A DNA stretch of 22,815 nucleotides from Candidatus Binatia bacterium (GCA_038245295.1 JBBRSP010000049.1:1-22815); one strand, 5' to 3'; positions 6,265-15,978 are shown, counted from the first letter of the stretch. Made by a program: numbers and translations. Notes: generated from the sequence alone by a model not told the origin.

Positions 6265-7959
6265 TTATTGCGGGCAACCCTGCCCCGCATTGTTCACTGC
6301 CAGGATGATTTCGTCGATGGTGACGAAGTCATCGAAGTTGGCGTCGGCGGGAATGCAGACTTCGACAATCTCGAGCTCGAGTCCGATACGCACGCTGGTG
6401 ATCAACTCGTCGATCGTCACGAGGTGATCGCCATTACAATCTCCGACACAGATGACATCGGGTGTTTCCGTCGGCTCAACCGACGGGGTGCGTGTCGGCG
6501 TGGCCGACCCGGTGCTGAGCGGGCTGCGTGTTGTGGTCGGCGTTGGTGTCGGCGTGGCCGACGAGGTGCTGAGCGGGCTGCGTGTTGTGGTCGGCGTTGG
6601 TGTCGCCGTTGAGCGCACACTGGTTGTGGGCGTAACGCTCTCACGGACGCTGGGCGTCGGCGTCATTGTCGACGTGATCTCCGGCGTCGGCGTTTCGGTC
6701 GGCGACGTGGTCATGCGCCGTGTCGGACGCGGCATCTGAGTCTCGGTCGGTGTTTCTGTCGGTGTTTGCGTCGGCGTCGGGCTCGCCGTAGCGCGGGGCG
6801 TCAGAGTCGCGGTCGCCGAGGCAGTGGGCGTCTGCGAGATCGTGGGCGTCGGTGTCACCGAAGGCGAGGGAGTCTCGATCCCGGTCTCGGTCGGCGTCGC
6901 GCTTGGCGTCCCAGTCTCCGTCGGGGTCTCCGTCGGCGAGGGCGTCGACGTCACAGTCGCCGTTCCGGTCAGGGTCGCCGTCTGGGTGATCGTCGGCGTA
7001 TCCGTCACCGTAGCGGTCTGACTCGGCGTCTGCGTCTCGGTTACCGTAGCCGTGACACTAGCAGTGGCAGTGACGGTGGGCGTTTCGGTCACCGTTGGTG
7101 TTTCGGTAACCGTCGCGGTCTGTGTTGATGTAGACGTTAGTGTTGCTGTCGCCGTGTCTGTCACAGTGGCTGTGATCGTTGGGGTCGAGGAAGCCGTCGG
7201 AGACTCCGTCGACGTTGGGGTATTCGAGGCCGTCGGCGTGAGAGTTGGCGTCAGCGTATTGGTGACGGTACGGGTCTCACTGCGTGTGGCGGTCACGGTT
7301 GGGGTGCGTGTTACCGTCCGCGTCGGCGTCTCGGTGGCCGTTGGACGCGTCGGTGACAACGTCCGTGTGGGCGTCACCGTGCGCGTCGCCGTGATGGTTG
7401 GTGTCGACGTCGCCGTCGGAATCAGTTCGGCAATACAGACATTGCCGTCACGCGTCGACACCGGCGACAGGCGGGCGCCGCGCGTGTCGTTGAGAATGAC
7501 ATTGCGCAGGCCGAACGTGGCGGCCTTCTGGGCGTTGATCTGGCACGTGAGAAGGACAGCGCCATCGGGGAATGCCGTATTCGTGATCGCGCCAACGACG
7601 GCACGCACGCTGGTACAATCGGCGCCGAGGCAATTGTTGGGGCGGAACGTAAACGACGACAGGGTGCCCGAGGCGACGGCCGGGTTGATCGCACAGTCCG
7701 GAGCTCCACCCCCCGTATGGTTGACGCTGACGCCGCTATCGAAGGTGATTTCGGCTTGAGCCAGAGCCACCTGATCGTTGCCGGCTGAGAGGCGTAAGGA
7801 GATCGTCGCCGGGCCGCGCACCGGCACAGCGGTATCGTCGACGTACACCCCGGGGCCAGCCGGCGCTGCACGCGGCGTCGGGCATTGCGCGTGCGCCGAG
7901 GCGATGATGCCTAGGAAGGCGGTGATCGCGAGGTGGGGAAGCAGTCGTTGGATCGACAT
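6265..7959 (-). CDS. Secreted protein: signal peptide, cohesin-like beta domain, long Thr/Pro-rich linker and C-terminal dockerin-like duplicated Ca-binding motif
   Basis: Start MSIQRLLPHLAITAFLGIIASAHA|Q; more than 300 aa of T/P/S/E repeats; C-terminal GDCNGDHLVTIDELI...ADANFDDFVTIDEII. Confidence 0.8.
   Translation of the reverse strand: MSIQRLLPHLAITAFLGIIASAHAQCPTPRAAPAGPGVYVDDTAVPVRGPATISLRLSAGNDQVALAQAEITFDSGVSVNHTGGGAPDCAINPAVASGTLSSFTFRPNNCLGADCTSVRAVVGAITNTAFPDGAVLLTCQINAQKAATFGLRNVILNDTRGARLSPVSTRDGNVCIAELIPTATSTPTITATRTVTPTRTLSPTRPTATETPTRTVTRTPTVTATRSETRTVTNTLTPTLTPTASNTPTSTESPTASSTPTITATVTDTATATLTSTSTQTATVTETPTVTETPTVTATASVTATVTETQTPSQTATVTDTPTITQTATLTGTATVTSTPSPTETPTETGTPSATPTETGIETPSPSVTPTPTISQTPTASATATLTPRATASPTPTQTPTETPTETQMPRPTRRMTTSPTETPTPEITSTMTPTPSVRESVTPTTSVRSTATPTPTTTRSPLSTSSATPTPTPTTTRSPLSTGSATPTRTPSVEPTETPDVICVGDCNGDHLVTIDELITSVRIGLELEIVEVCIPADANFDDFVTIDEIILAVNNAGQGCPQ
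6492..6604. repeat. 54-bp in-frame tandem duplication inside the PT linker
   Basis: Units at 6492 and 6546 encode TPTPTTTRSPLST(S/G)SATP and are nearly identical in DNA. Confidence 0.85.
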
Positions 7960-8145
7960 CGAACGCCGATCTTCGCCGAGTCGGGCGCCGAGGACAAGCG
8001 AGTTTCGGCAAATACGCCAAGCCTGGCGATTGAGGCCCGAGCGCGACAATACCGCGAAAATTCCGGTAGCGTCTCAATTTGGGATCCGCGCGCGCCGCGA
8101 TGCCGCTCTTGCGACGGCATTGGTCGGCTGGTACCTGCGGAGGCG

Positions 8146-9174
8146 ATGCAGGCAGACATGACGGCAACGGAATCGTCGACTGGGGCCAGTCACTTCGAGG
8201 CGCTGGCGGACCGTGTTCTGGCGGGCGGCTCACCGACCCGAGAAGAAGCGTTGGCACTGCTGCGTTCTCCCGACACTGCTCTTGCGGCGTTGTTGGGCGC
8301 GACCTTTCGCGTGCGCGAGCACTACCATGGGCGGCGGGTCAAGGTTTGCCAACTGCGCAACGCGCGCAGTGGTTTGTGTCCGGAGGATTGTCACTACTGC
8401 TCGCAGTCGGCGATTTCCGACGCGGCGATTCCGCGTTATCGCCTCGACTCCGTGCCCGAACTACTGAGCGCGGCGCGCCAGGCCGCTGAGTCGGGGGCAA
8501 AGCGTTACTGCATGGTGACCAGCGGGCGTGGCCCGAGTGCTCCGGACATCAACCGCTTCGCGAGCGCCGCACGCGCCATCAAGTCGGAGTTCCCCGATCT
8601 CGAGATCTGCGTCTCGGCCGGCCTGATGGACGAAGCACAAGCGCGCGAGCTCAAAGGCGCCGGGGTCGGCTGGGTGAATCACAACCTGAATACGAGTGAA
8701 CGATTCCATCCGGAGATCTGCACCACTCATACCTATGAAGATCGGATCACCACCGTACGTGCCGTGCAGGCGGCCGGACTCAACACCTGCTGCGGCGGTA
8801 TCATCGGCATGGGTGAGGGCGACGAGGATATTGTCGACCTGGCCTTCGCGCTGCAGAAGCTGAAGGTCGACTCCCTACCGCTCAACTTCCTGATCCCCAT
8901 CGGCGGCACGCCGCTCGCGGAGCGCGAAGTCTTGCCGCCGGGTAAGGGGCTGCGTGCCTTGTGCCTGATGCGCCTGACCAACCCGGCCGCCGAGATTCGT
9001 ATGGCCGGCGGCGGCGAGAAGGTGCTCGGCTGGTTCCGTGGTCTGTCGCTCTACGCCGCCAATTCCCTTTTCGTCGACGGCTATCTGACCACGCCGGGCC
9101 AGGCCGCCGACGACACGCAGCAGATGATCACGTCGATGGGCTTCGAGATCGAAGCGATGGACGCTGTCATCTGA
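8146..9174 (+). CDS. bioB: Biotin synthase (radical SAM); start could also be ATG 8158
   Basis: SGLCPEDCHYCSQS (CxxxCxxC), RYCMV, ICVS.G, NHNLNTS, TTHTYEDR, CCGGIIGMGE, P.NFL.PI.GTPL, EIR.AGG and ANSLF..GYLTT motifs. Confidence 0.95.
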   Translation: MQADMTATESSTGASHFEALADRVLAGGSPTREEALALLRSPDTALAALLGATFRVREHYHGRRVKVCQLRNARSGLCPEDCHYCSQSAISDAAIPRYRLDSVPELLSAARQAAESGAKRYCMVTSGRGPSAPDINRFASAARAIKSEFPDLEICVSAGLMDEAQARELKGAGVGWVNHNLNTSERFHPEICTTHTYEDRITTVRAVQAAGLNTCCGGIIGMGEGDEDIVDLAFALQKLKVDSLPLNFLIPIGGTPLAEREVLPPGKGLRALCLMRLTNPAAEIRMAGGGEKVLGWFRGLSLYAANSLFVDGYLTTPGQAADDTQQMITSMGFEIEAMDAVI

Positions 9175-9545
9175 TCCACTCGACACTTCGATTTTCGGCA
9201 TTCTCGGCATAGCATCTGCGTCATGCCTCGATCCGGCGGCGGAACAGACCGGAATTTTTCGCGCGCGACGGCGTTTCTGACGCACCAGGAAGCCCCAGGA
9301 CGGGCGATCGGGTGTCGGGATGACTCTACCTACGCACGTAAACTCAACGTTTTTTGGCAATCTGAGGAAGCACCCATCGGAATCAAAGGGGAATTTCGGC
9401 GTTTCGTGATGGTGCATCGCCGTGACGTCGGACCCTCCCGAAGCACCCCGGCCTCCGTCTGATAGAACCTGGGAACGAATTGCCGTACAAAGCCGGTTTG
9501 TGTGCCCGCTTGCACAAACAGCGGCGGAACCGCTTAATCGACGCC

Positions 9546-11123
9546 GTGCGCTCTCTATTCGCCTGGGTCGTTGTCATCCTGTCGCTCGGCTGCCGTGTAG
9601 CTAACGCCACAGCGGAGACCCAACGCGTACTGGTCCTCGGCTCCCCGCCTGCCGCGATGATCGGGGATGGCCGCATGACGGTCGAATATCGACTGGAAAC
9701 CATCGAGGCATTCATCGCCACGCTCGACATGTCCGCCATGCCTCAACTGACGCAACAGTCCGGTGTTCACGGTGTTGCCGTCGACCGCGGCGGCCACGCC
9801 GCCCTGGCACGCAGCCTTCCGCAACTGCGCGCCGATCGAGTGCAGCGCCGCGACGATCTCGGAGCTGGCGTGACGGTCGCCGTGGTCGACGACGGTATCG
9901 AAGCCAACCACCCCGATCTGGCTGGCCGCATCGACGGTGAAGAGTGTTTCTGCGCTCCCCATTGTTGTCCCAACGGCGAGGATCGCCAGTCGGGGCCGGG
10001 AGCGGCGCAACCGCAGACCGATCACGGAACCCATGTTGCCGGCATCATCGCTTCGGCGGGACACGTCGCCCCGGTCGGTGTCGCACCACAAGCGCGCGTA
10101 CTCGCGCTCAAGGTGCTTGATGCGACCGGACGGGGATTCTTCTCCGACTGGTTGCGAGCCCTGGATTGGATCGCCGCACATCGCCCCGACGTGCGTGTCG
10201 TCAACATGAGCCTCGAATCCGACATTACCTACGCCGGCGATTGCGCCGGCGGCGCCAACCCCGATTTCTTCAACCTCGCCCTCGGACAGATCATCCAAAT
10301 GCTGCGCGCCCGCGGCACCCTCACCTTCGCCGCGTCGGGCAACGCGGGCGACACACAAGAGCTGAGCTCTCCCGGTTGCATCGGCTCGGCAGTCGCAGTC
10401 GGCGCTTTACGCCGCGACAATGTCCCGGCGGCATACAGCAATAGTGGCATAGGCCTCGACCTGCTGGCACCGGGCGGCAATCCAGGAACCGGCGGTGCGA
10501 TTCTCTCGGCGGGACTACACGGTAGCACCTCGGAATTGTACGGCACATCGATGGCCGCAGCGCATGCCAGTGGCACGGCGGCACTACTTCTGAGCATCGC
10601 CCCCAGCCTCGGGGCGGATGAGCTTGAGATGATTCTGTCGCGCAGCGGCCGCGCTGTCCTCGATGAGCGCAACGATCTCACGCGGCCGCGTCTCGATGCC
10701 CTGGCGGCGTATCAAGAGGCGCTTGATCAAACTCGTCCGCTAACCGGCGGTGGCAGTCGCGCCACCGATTGCCTGCTGGAGTGGGAGTTCTCGCGTGAAG
10801 GCGGCGTGCGACGGCGACCGGATCCCGGTATCGATTGTCGCGACAACGATCCAACCTGTGATGGCGATCAGATCGCCGGCCAATGCAGCATCGGCGTCAC
10901 ACCACGCACGCTGCAGTCCGATCGACGATTGCCCCGCTGTGGCACAGACACACAGCTAGGCAGCCTGACGTTCACACGTGTGTCGCGCGCCACGGCCGAA
11001 CCAGTGACCTTAGTTTCCCCAGTCATCGTCCCCGCCGGCACGACCGTATGGCTGCGCGGTCGAGCGGTTGCCCTCGATGGACGAGCCGACAGCGATCGGC
11101 TACGCCTGCGCTGCATCCCATGA
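9546..11123 (+). CDS. Secreted S8 (subtilisin-like) serine peptidase with a Cys-rich C-terminal domain; start uncertain (GTG 9546)
   Basis: Catalytic triad motifs VAVVDDG, HGTHVAGII and GTSMAA; oxyanion ASGN; hydrophobic signal peptide and short prodomain. Confidence 0.9.
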   Translation: MRSLFAWVVVILSLGCRVANATAETQRVLVLGSPPAAMIGDGRMTVEYRLETIEAFIATLDMSAMPQLTQQSGVHGVAVDRGGHAALARSLPQLRADRVQRRDDLGAGVTVAVVDDGIEANHPDLAGRIDGEECFCAPHCCPNGEDRQSGPGAAQPQTDHGTHVAGIIASAGHVAPVGVAPQARVLALKVLDATGRGFFSDWLRALDWIAAHRPDVRVVNMSLESDITYAGDCAGGANPDFFNLALGQIIQMLRARGTLTFAASGNAGDTQELSSPGCIGSAVAVGALRRDNVPAAYSNSGIGLDLLAPGGNPGTGGAILSAGLHGSTSELYGTSMAAAHASGTAALLLSIAPSLGADELEMILSRSGRAVLDERNDLTRPRLDALAAYQEALDQTRPLTGGGSRATDCLLEWEFSREGGVRRRPDPGIDCRDNDPTCDGDQIAGQCSIGVTPRTLQSDRRLPRCGTDTQLGSLTFTRVSRATAEPVTLVSPVIVPAGTTVWLRGRAVALDGRADSDRLRLRCIP

Positions 11124-11701
11124 CTCCGAATACGGCAAAGATCATCTTGGTCCGGCACGGTGAAAGCGAAGGCAACCGTGACCGGCGTTTCACCCAGAGC
11201 GGCGACGTGGCGCTGACCGATTTCGGCCGCGAACAGGCGAAGGCAACCGGCCTGCGACTGCGCCAGGGCCATCACCCGTCGCGTATCATCGCGAGTCCAT
11301 ATCGACGCGCCCACGACACCGCGCTCATCATCGCCGCGTGTTTCGACATGCCGGTCGAGTTGGACGATGGATTCGTCGAGCAGAGCTACGGCATCTTTGC
11401 CGGGCGGCCGTACGAGTCGTTGATTGAGGACGCGGCGTTCCACGAAGGGCCGCGCTGGCAGTGGCGTCCGCCTGAAGGTGAATCTCTCATCGATGTCAGT
11501 GAACGCGCCGTGCCGGCGTTGCACCGTGTCGCCGCCGCCTCGCTCGGGCAGGAAGCGGTCGTCGTCAGCCATGGCGGCGTCATGCTGGCACTATGCGCGC
11601 ACGCCCTGGGATCGTGGGACGGTTTGACGGTGACACCCAATGCCGGCGTGGTGATTGTGGATTACGACGGCACGCGCTTCAGCGCGCCGCGCAGCGAATA
11701 G
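11120..11701 (+). CDS. Histidine phosphatase (phosphoglycerate mutase family)
   Basis: IILVRHGES, ASPYRRA..TA, EQSYG..AG, PPEGES and VVSHGG motifs. ATGA overlap with the peptidase stop codon. Confidence 0.92.
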   Translation: MTPNTAKIILVRHGESEGNRDRRFTQSGDVALTDFGREQAKATGLRLRQGHHPSRIIASPYRRAHDTALIIAACFDMPVELDDGFVEQSYGIFAGRPYESLIEDAAFHEGPRWQWRPPEGESLIDVSERAVPALHRVAAASLGQEAVVVSHGGVMLALCAHALGSWDGLTVTPNAGVVIVDYDGTRFSAPRSE

Positions 11702-11710
11702 TCGCGCGAC

Positions 11711-11782
11711 CGCAGGCTGAAGCCTGCGCCTACCGCCTCGCCGTCCTGCGAATCGGTGGGTAGGCGCAAGCTTTAGCTTGCG
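11711..11782. repeat. Inverted pair of GTAG-type REP elements (GGTAGGCGCAGGCTT[C/T]AGCCTGCG)
   Basis: Copies at 11711-11734 and 11759-11782 lie between convergent genes. The second copy carries compensating G>A and C>T stem changes. Confidence 0.85.
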
Positions 11783-11831
11783 GTGAGGGTCCCGGGGCCG
11801 GCACCCCGCACCCTGGACCCTGCACCGTCGC

Positions 11832-13058
11832 TCAGTTCAGCTCCTTGCTGTTGTAGCCAAGGATGCGGCGCGCAATGATCATCAAGTTGATCTGCTGCGT
11901 GCCTTCGAAGATGTCGTTGATCTTCGCATCGCGCATCCACTTCTCGATCAGGCACTTGCGCGAGTAACCGAGAGGGCCGAGGATCTCGACCGCCTTCTGT
12001 GTCACTTGCGTCACGGCCAGGCCGGCTTTTGCCTTGGCCATTGAGGCTTCCAGGTTGTTGTGCATCCCTTGATCCATCATCCAGGAGGCACGCCACGTCA
12101 GCAGTCGCGCCGCTTGCAGGTGCGCTTCCATGTCCATGAAGTCGCGCTCCATCGCTGTCAGTTTGCGCGGCGAGATGCCATAGCGGATCTTGATGCCTTC
12201 CTTGGCCAACACATCCCGAACGTAATCCACCGCAGCGCGACCGATGCCGATGGCACTGGCCGCAACGGCGGGGCGGGTTGCATCGAAGGTCGCCATGACG
12301 CCCTTGAAGCCTTCGCTGCTGTTCTTCGGCACTTCAGGATTGCCCAGCAGGTTATCGAGCGGGATGCGGCAATCTTCGAAGACGATCTGTGCCGTATCGG
12401 AGGCGCGGATCCCCAGTTTGTCTTCACACTTTACGAGGGTCATACCCTCGGCGCCGCGCTCGACGACGAAGGCCTTGATACCACCGCGTCCGGCGGTCTT
12501 ATCGATAGTTGCCCAGACGACGACGAATCCGTCCGACTCACTAATCGCCATTCGGCCGCTGGTCACGTAAATCTTGGTGCCGTTAAGGACCCACTGATCA
12601 CCGTCGCGCTTCGCCGTGGTCGTGATCGCGGCTGAATCCGAACCGCAACCAGGCTCGGTGATGGCCATGGCGCCCCACTTCGGATCACCGCCACGGAAGC
12701 GCGCCAGGAAGCGTTGCTTCTGCTCCGGAGTTCCAGCCGCCGCGACGGCGGCGCCGCCAAGTCCCGGGTTTGGGATGGCGAGGTACAAACCGGCATCACC
12801 CCACGACAACTCTTCGATCGTCACAATCGACTGAAGATTGCGATGGCCCGGCTTGTCGCCTTCCTTGCGCTTGCCGTCACCAAAGGTGACCGGATTGGCG
12901 GTCTGCGAGGCCACCCACATCATGTTGAGGAAGTCCCACGGCTTCTCGTGCTCGCGCTCGTCGTACTCGCGAGAAATCGGGCGCATGGCGCTTTCGGCAA
13001 CCATGTGGATCATGTTGCGGGCGTTGATGATCTCGTCTTGCAGTTCAAAGTTGATCAT
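11832..13058 (-). CDS. Acyl-CoA dehydrogenase (FadE23-like, catalytic)
   Basis: Start MINFELQDE after RBS AGGAGA; AMAITEPGCGSDS, LNGTKIYVT, KLGIRASDT and EKWMRDAKINDIFEGTQQI motifs. Confidence 0.92.
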   Translation of the reverse strand: MINFELQDEIINARNMIHMVAESAMRPISREYDEREHEKPWDFLNMMWVASQTANPVTFGDGKRKEGDKPGHRNLQSIVTIEELSWGDAGLYLAIPNPGLGGAAVAAAGTPEQKQRFLARFRGGDPKWGAMAITEPGCGSDSAAITTTAKRDGDQWVLNGTKIYVTSGRMAISESDGFVVVWATIDKTAGRGGIKAFVVERGAEGMTLVKCEDKLGIRASDTAQIVFEDCRIPLDNLLGNPEVPKNSSEGFKGVMATFDATRPAVAASAIGIGRAAVDYVRDVLAKEGIKIRYGISPRKLTAMERDFMDMEAHLQAARLLTWRASWMMDQGMHNNLEASMAKAKAGLAVTQVTQKAVEILGPLGYSRKCLIEKWMRDAKINDIFEGTQQINLMIIARRILGYNSKELN

Positions 13059-13086
13059 TGTTGTTCTCCTTCGTCGCTCTCGTGGC

Positions 13087-14196
13087 TCAGGCGATCGCCA
13101 AACCTTCGAACGTTGCAAAGCCGCGGCCATTGCGCAGCAAGAGCTCGACAAGGTGATCCCGGATGTAGCCGTGACCACCGAGCACCTGCACGGCGTTGTC
13201 GGTAACCTTGAGCACGACATTGGCCGCGTAGTTCTTGGCGAGGTACGACTCGCGCGTCGCGTCTTCGCCACGATCGAGCTTCCACGCCGCTTCCCAGGCC
13301 AACAAACGCGCCGCGTCGGTCTCGAGCGCCATCTCGGCGAGCATGAACGCAATCGCCTGCTTCTGGGCGATGAACTGACCGAAGGCACGACGCTCCTTGG
13401 CGTAGTCGCGGGCGTACTCGAACGCGGCGCGCGCCACGCCAACCGCCATCGAGGCGAGAGCAATACGCGAGTAGTTCATCAGCTTGTTGAAATCGCAGCC
13501 GGCATCACCGCCGAGACGATTAACCGCCGGGACTTTGCAGTTCTCGAGAACGATCTCGTGCGTCGCCAGGCCTTTGATGCCCATGTTCTTCTCGCGCTCG
13601 ACGATCTTCATCCCGGGAGTGCCGCGATCGACCAGGAAGCCACTGGTCTTGTCGTAGCCATCCCCTTCGCCGGTACGCGCATACACGAGGACATGCTCCG
13701 CCTCGTCGCCGAGCGGCACGAAACACTTGGCGCCGTTGAGAACGTACGAGCCATTCTGCCGCACGGCCGAGGTCGCGAGAGACGACAAGTCGAAATCGAA
13801 CGACGGCTCCATCACGGCTGCGGTACCTGCCGTGAAGGTGTCGCCGGTGTAGGCCTTCAGGACCCGTTCCTTCTGCTCTTGCGTGCCGCAATCGATCAGC
13901 GGGAAAACGATCAGGCGCGGCGCCAGCATGTGCATGGCGATCGAAAGGTCGGCCCAGGCCAGCTCTTCGAGCACGAGCGAGCTGGTGACGGCGGAACGAA
14001 CATCGCCGAAGCCGCCGAACTCTTCGGGAATCGCGCTCTGGACGAGGCCGAGCTCCCAGCCTTGTTGGCTCAGGGAGCTTGGGACTTCACCCTTCTCGTC
14101 ACACTCGCGCGCCAGTGGCCGAACCTGCTCGCGCGCAAACGTACTGACCGCTTCGCGAACTTGTTGCTGTTCCTCTGTTGGTTGTAGATCAAACAT
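13087..14196 (-). CDS. Acyl-CoA dehydrogenase (FadE24-like partner subunit)
   Basis: Start MFDLQPTEEQ after AGGAGG; LNGAKCFVP, YAKERRAFGQFIAQKQAIAF and VQVLGGHGYIRDH motifs; shortened C-terminus. Confidence 0.92.
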   Translation of the reverse strand: MFDLQPTEEQQQVREAVSTFAREQVRPLARECDEKGEVPSSLSQQGWELGLVQSAIPEEFGGFGDVRSAVTSSLVLEELAWADLSIAMHMLAPRLIVFPLIDCGTQEQKERVLKAYTGDTFTAGTAAVMEPSFDFDLSSLATSAVRQNGSYVLNGAKCFVPLGDEAEHVLVYARTGEGDGYDKTSGFLVDRGTPGMKIVEREKNMGIKGLATHEIVLENCKVPAVNRLGGDAGCDFNKLMNYSRIALASMAVGVARAAFEYARDYAKERRAFGQFIAQKQAIAFMLAEMALETDAARLLAWEAAWKLDRGEDATRESYLAKNYAANVVLKVTDNAVQVLGGHGYIRDHLVELLLRNGRGFATFEGLAIA

Positions 14197-14848
14197 TCTT
14201 AACCCTCCTGTTTGCGCGGCGCGTCGTCTTCGGCCCGTCTGGGACGGGTCCGGACAACCAGCCGAGATGCTGTTCGAGAAATGCTTCGATGGTGCCCGAA
14301 AGATCGAAGTGTTTCGGGTCCTGGTAGTACTGAATCTCCGCGCCCATGATGGCGCCGGCGAAGACTTCGGCGGCAACGTCTGGAACGACCTGGCCGCGGA
14401 AGACACCACTCTCCTGGCCGGCGCGGACGATGCTCGACAGAAAAGTCCGGAAGCGCCGCATCATGTCGCGAAACTGCTCTTCGATCCGCGGATTCGTGTC
14501 GAGCGCCTCGACCATCAGTGTAACGATCATGCGTCGATGATTGCTCTTGGTGGCGTGATCCTGACAGATGCGCGCCACATTGCGCAGTGTCTGCGGTGCA
14601 TCGGCCACCGGCGTGAGGTCGGTAACGACACGGCGCTCGAACTGGCCAATGCGGTTCTCGACCGCCGCAAGCAGCAGGTCTTCCTTGTCTTTGAAATGAT
14701 AATACAGCGCGCCCTTGGTCACCCCGGCGGCGCGCGCAATGCGATCAATGGAAGTCGCGGCGTAGCCGTACTTGGCGAAGCAGTCGATCGCGACGTGCAT
14801 CAGGTCCCGGCGCGACTCATCGCGTCCAGGCCGTGCGGCGGTTTGCAT
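14189..14848 (-). CDS. TetR/AcrR family transcriptional regulator
   Basis: FAKYGYAATSIDRIARAAGVTKGALYYHFKDKEDLL HTH. Its 3' end overlaps the downstream ACAD start, which suggests an operon. Confidence 0.95.
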   Translation of the reverse strand: MQTAARPGRDESRRDLMHVAIDCFAKYGYAATSIDRIARAAGVTKGALYYHFKDKEDLLLAAVENRIGQFERRVVTDLTPVADAPQTLRNVARICQDHATKSNHRRMIVTLMVEALDTNPRIEEQFRDMMRRFRTFLSSIVRAGQESGVFRGQVVPDVAAEVFAGAIMGAEIQYYQDPKHFDLSGTIEAFLEQHLGWLSGPVPDGPKTTRRANRRVKNV

Positions 14849-14884
14849 ACTGAACGTTTAGTACGGTGTAACGCGTTGAGTCAA
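14848..14884 (-). promoter_or_regulatory. Probable TetR operator and promoter abutting the start codon
   Basis: Imperfect palindrome TACTGAAC/GTTTAGTA at 14848-14863; minus-strand TTGACT at 14884-14879; no Shine-Dalgarno sequence. Confidence 0.6.
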
Positions 14885-14950
14885 TAAGAGTCTGGCCAAG
14901 TGCGCTCCACTCGGGTCGTAGGGCGTTTTGGGTCGGGCGTAGGGGGTTGT

Positions 14951-14984
14951 GGTAGGCGCAGGCTTTAGCCGGCTAAAGCCTGCG
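14951..14984. repeat. Collapsed GTAG-type REP pair
   Basis: GGTAGGCGCAGGCTTTAGCC|GGCTAAAGCCTGCG: two head-to-head partial copies of the 11711 family. Confidence 0.75.
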
Positions 14985-15001
14985 GCGTGAACGCGAGGGG
15001 C

Positions 15002-15525
15002 TTAGACCCTGAGCTGGCGCAACGCGATGTGGCCCAACTGGACCGCGAGAATGACTGCGACACCCACATAGAAGAGCGGGCTCAGCTCGCGCTGCTCGCC
15101 GAACCACACCATCGCCAGCACGATGGCGTAGACCGGCTCGAGGTTGACTGCCAGCGCCGTGTCGAATCGCGCTGCGCCAGCCATGGCTCGATCAACGCCG
15201 TGAACATGGGACTCAGCACCATACAGGTGGCACCCACCGAGGCGTTGGCCAGCTTGATCGCCCCATAAAAGGTAACCCAGTGCAGGGAGAGCACGACGCC
15301 GATGCCGCAGAATTCGAGCCGCTGCCGCGTTGTCAGCGCTCCGACCCCACGCCATACGCGCGGTAGCAATGCCAGAATGAAGCCAACGGCCAACATACGC
15401 CACCACACCAACGGCAGCGCACCAATCGTGATCGACTTGCCGAGGACTGCCGTGAAGCCCCACAAGAAAACGCGGAAGTGAATCTGCAGCCAGGCTCTGG
15501 CATGCGGCGATAGCGAGCCGATCAT
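15002..15525 (-). pseudogene. EamA/DMT family transporter, frameshifted and internally deleted
   Basis: N-half LQIH..VFLWGFTAVLGK...HWVTFYGAIKLANASV...FTALIEP is in one frame and LAVNLEPVYAIVLA...GEQRELSPLFYVG in another, joined at about 15170. Total is about 174 codons against about 300 typical for a two-EamA-repeat protein. Confidence 0.82.
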
Positions 15526-15728
15526 TTCCTTCCTGGCCACAGCGCAGCCAGAGCACGACTCGCCTCGCGGTCGCAACCGCAACCGCGGCGCTTGGATCCA
15601 CCGGAGCTTTGCACGGCAATTCAGATGCGAGGCCTTCGAGACGCCGCCAAACAGACGGCGGCTCCTCCCGTCGAGATGAACTGAGGTCGATGTATTCCGA
15701 TGGCAGTTTTCTACTTCTGGGCTAAGCG

Positions 15729-15869
15729 CCCCCTCTCCCACCTCAATCGGAATCTCGGAGCGTGGGAGAGGGTTGGGGTGAGGGCCCGCTTCTGAGTCCA
15801 CAGACCCAACCCTCACCCTAACCCTAACCCTCTCCCAGATGTTGCCAGACCGATCGAGCCGGGAGAGGG
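15729..15869. repeat. Inverted pair of CCCTCTCCC/GGGAGAGGG REP-like elements
   Basis: Copies at 15729-15784 and 15810-15869; same family as 4993-5030. Confidence 0.75.
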
Positions 15870-15978
15870 AAGGAATGCTTCCGCAGGCAGCTTTTCCAGC
15901 GACCCGGAATGAGCGGGGTCAGAACGGATCAGCCAGGCAGCGAGCATGCCTCGTAGGGGCGGTTCGCGAAACGCCGAT

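Noticed and set aside
8146..9174. Novel radical SAM enzyme because of VNHNLN (vs YNHNLD) and isolation from other bio genes
   Set aside because: The other BioB motifs and 2Fe-2S ligand positions are present, and stand-alone bioB is common.
9175..9545. ncRNA or small ORF in the 370-bp intergenic gap
   Set aside because: No recognisable RNA motif, strong stem or coding signal was found by inspection.
12838..14187. 449-aa plus-strand ORF (likewise 3767..4819, 7052..7759, 9555..10358, 13883..14887 and 21646..22497)
   Set aside because: These are antisense shadows of well-supported genes, expected in high-GC DNA, and carry no motifs of their own.
15816..15831. CCCTAACCCTAACCCT telomere-like repeat
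   Set aside because: Only 2.5 units, lying inside a CCCTCACCC..CCCTCTCCC REP-like element; best explained as slippage.
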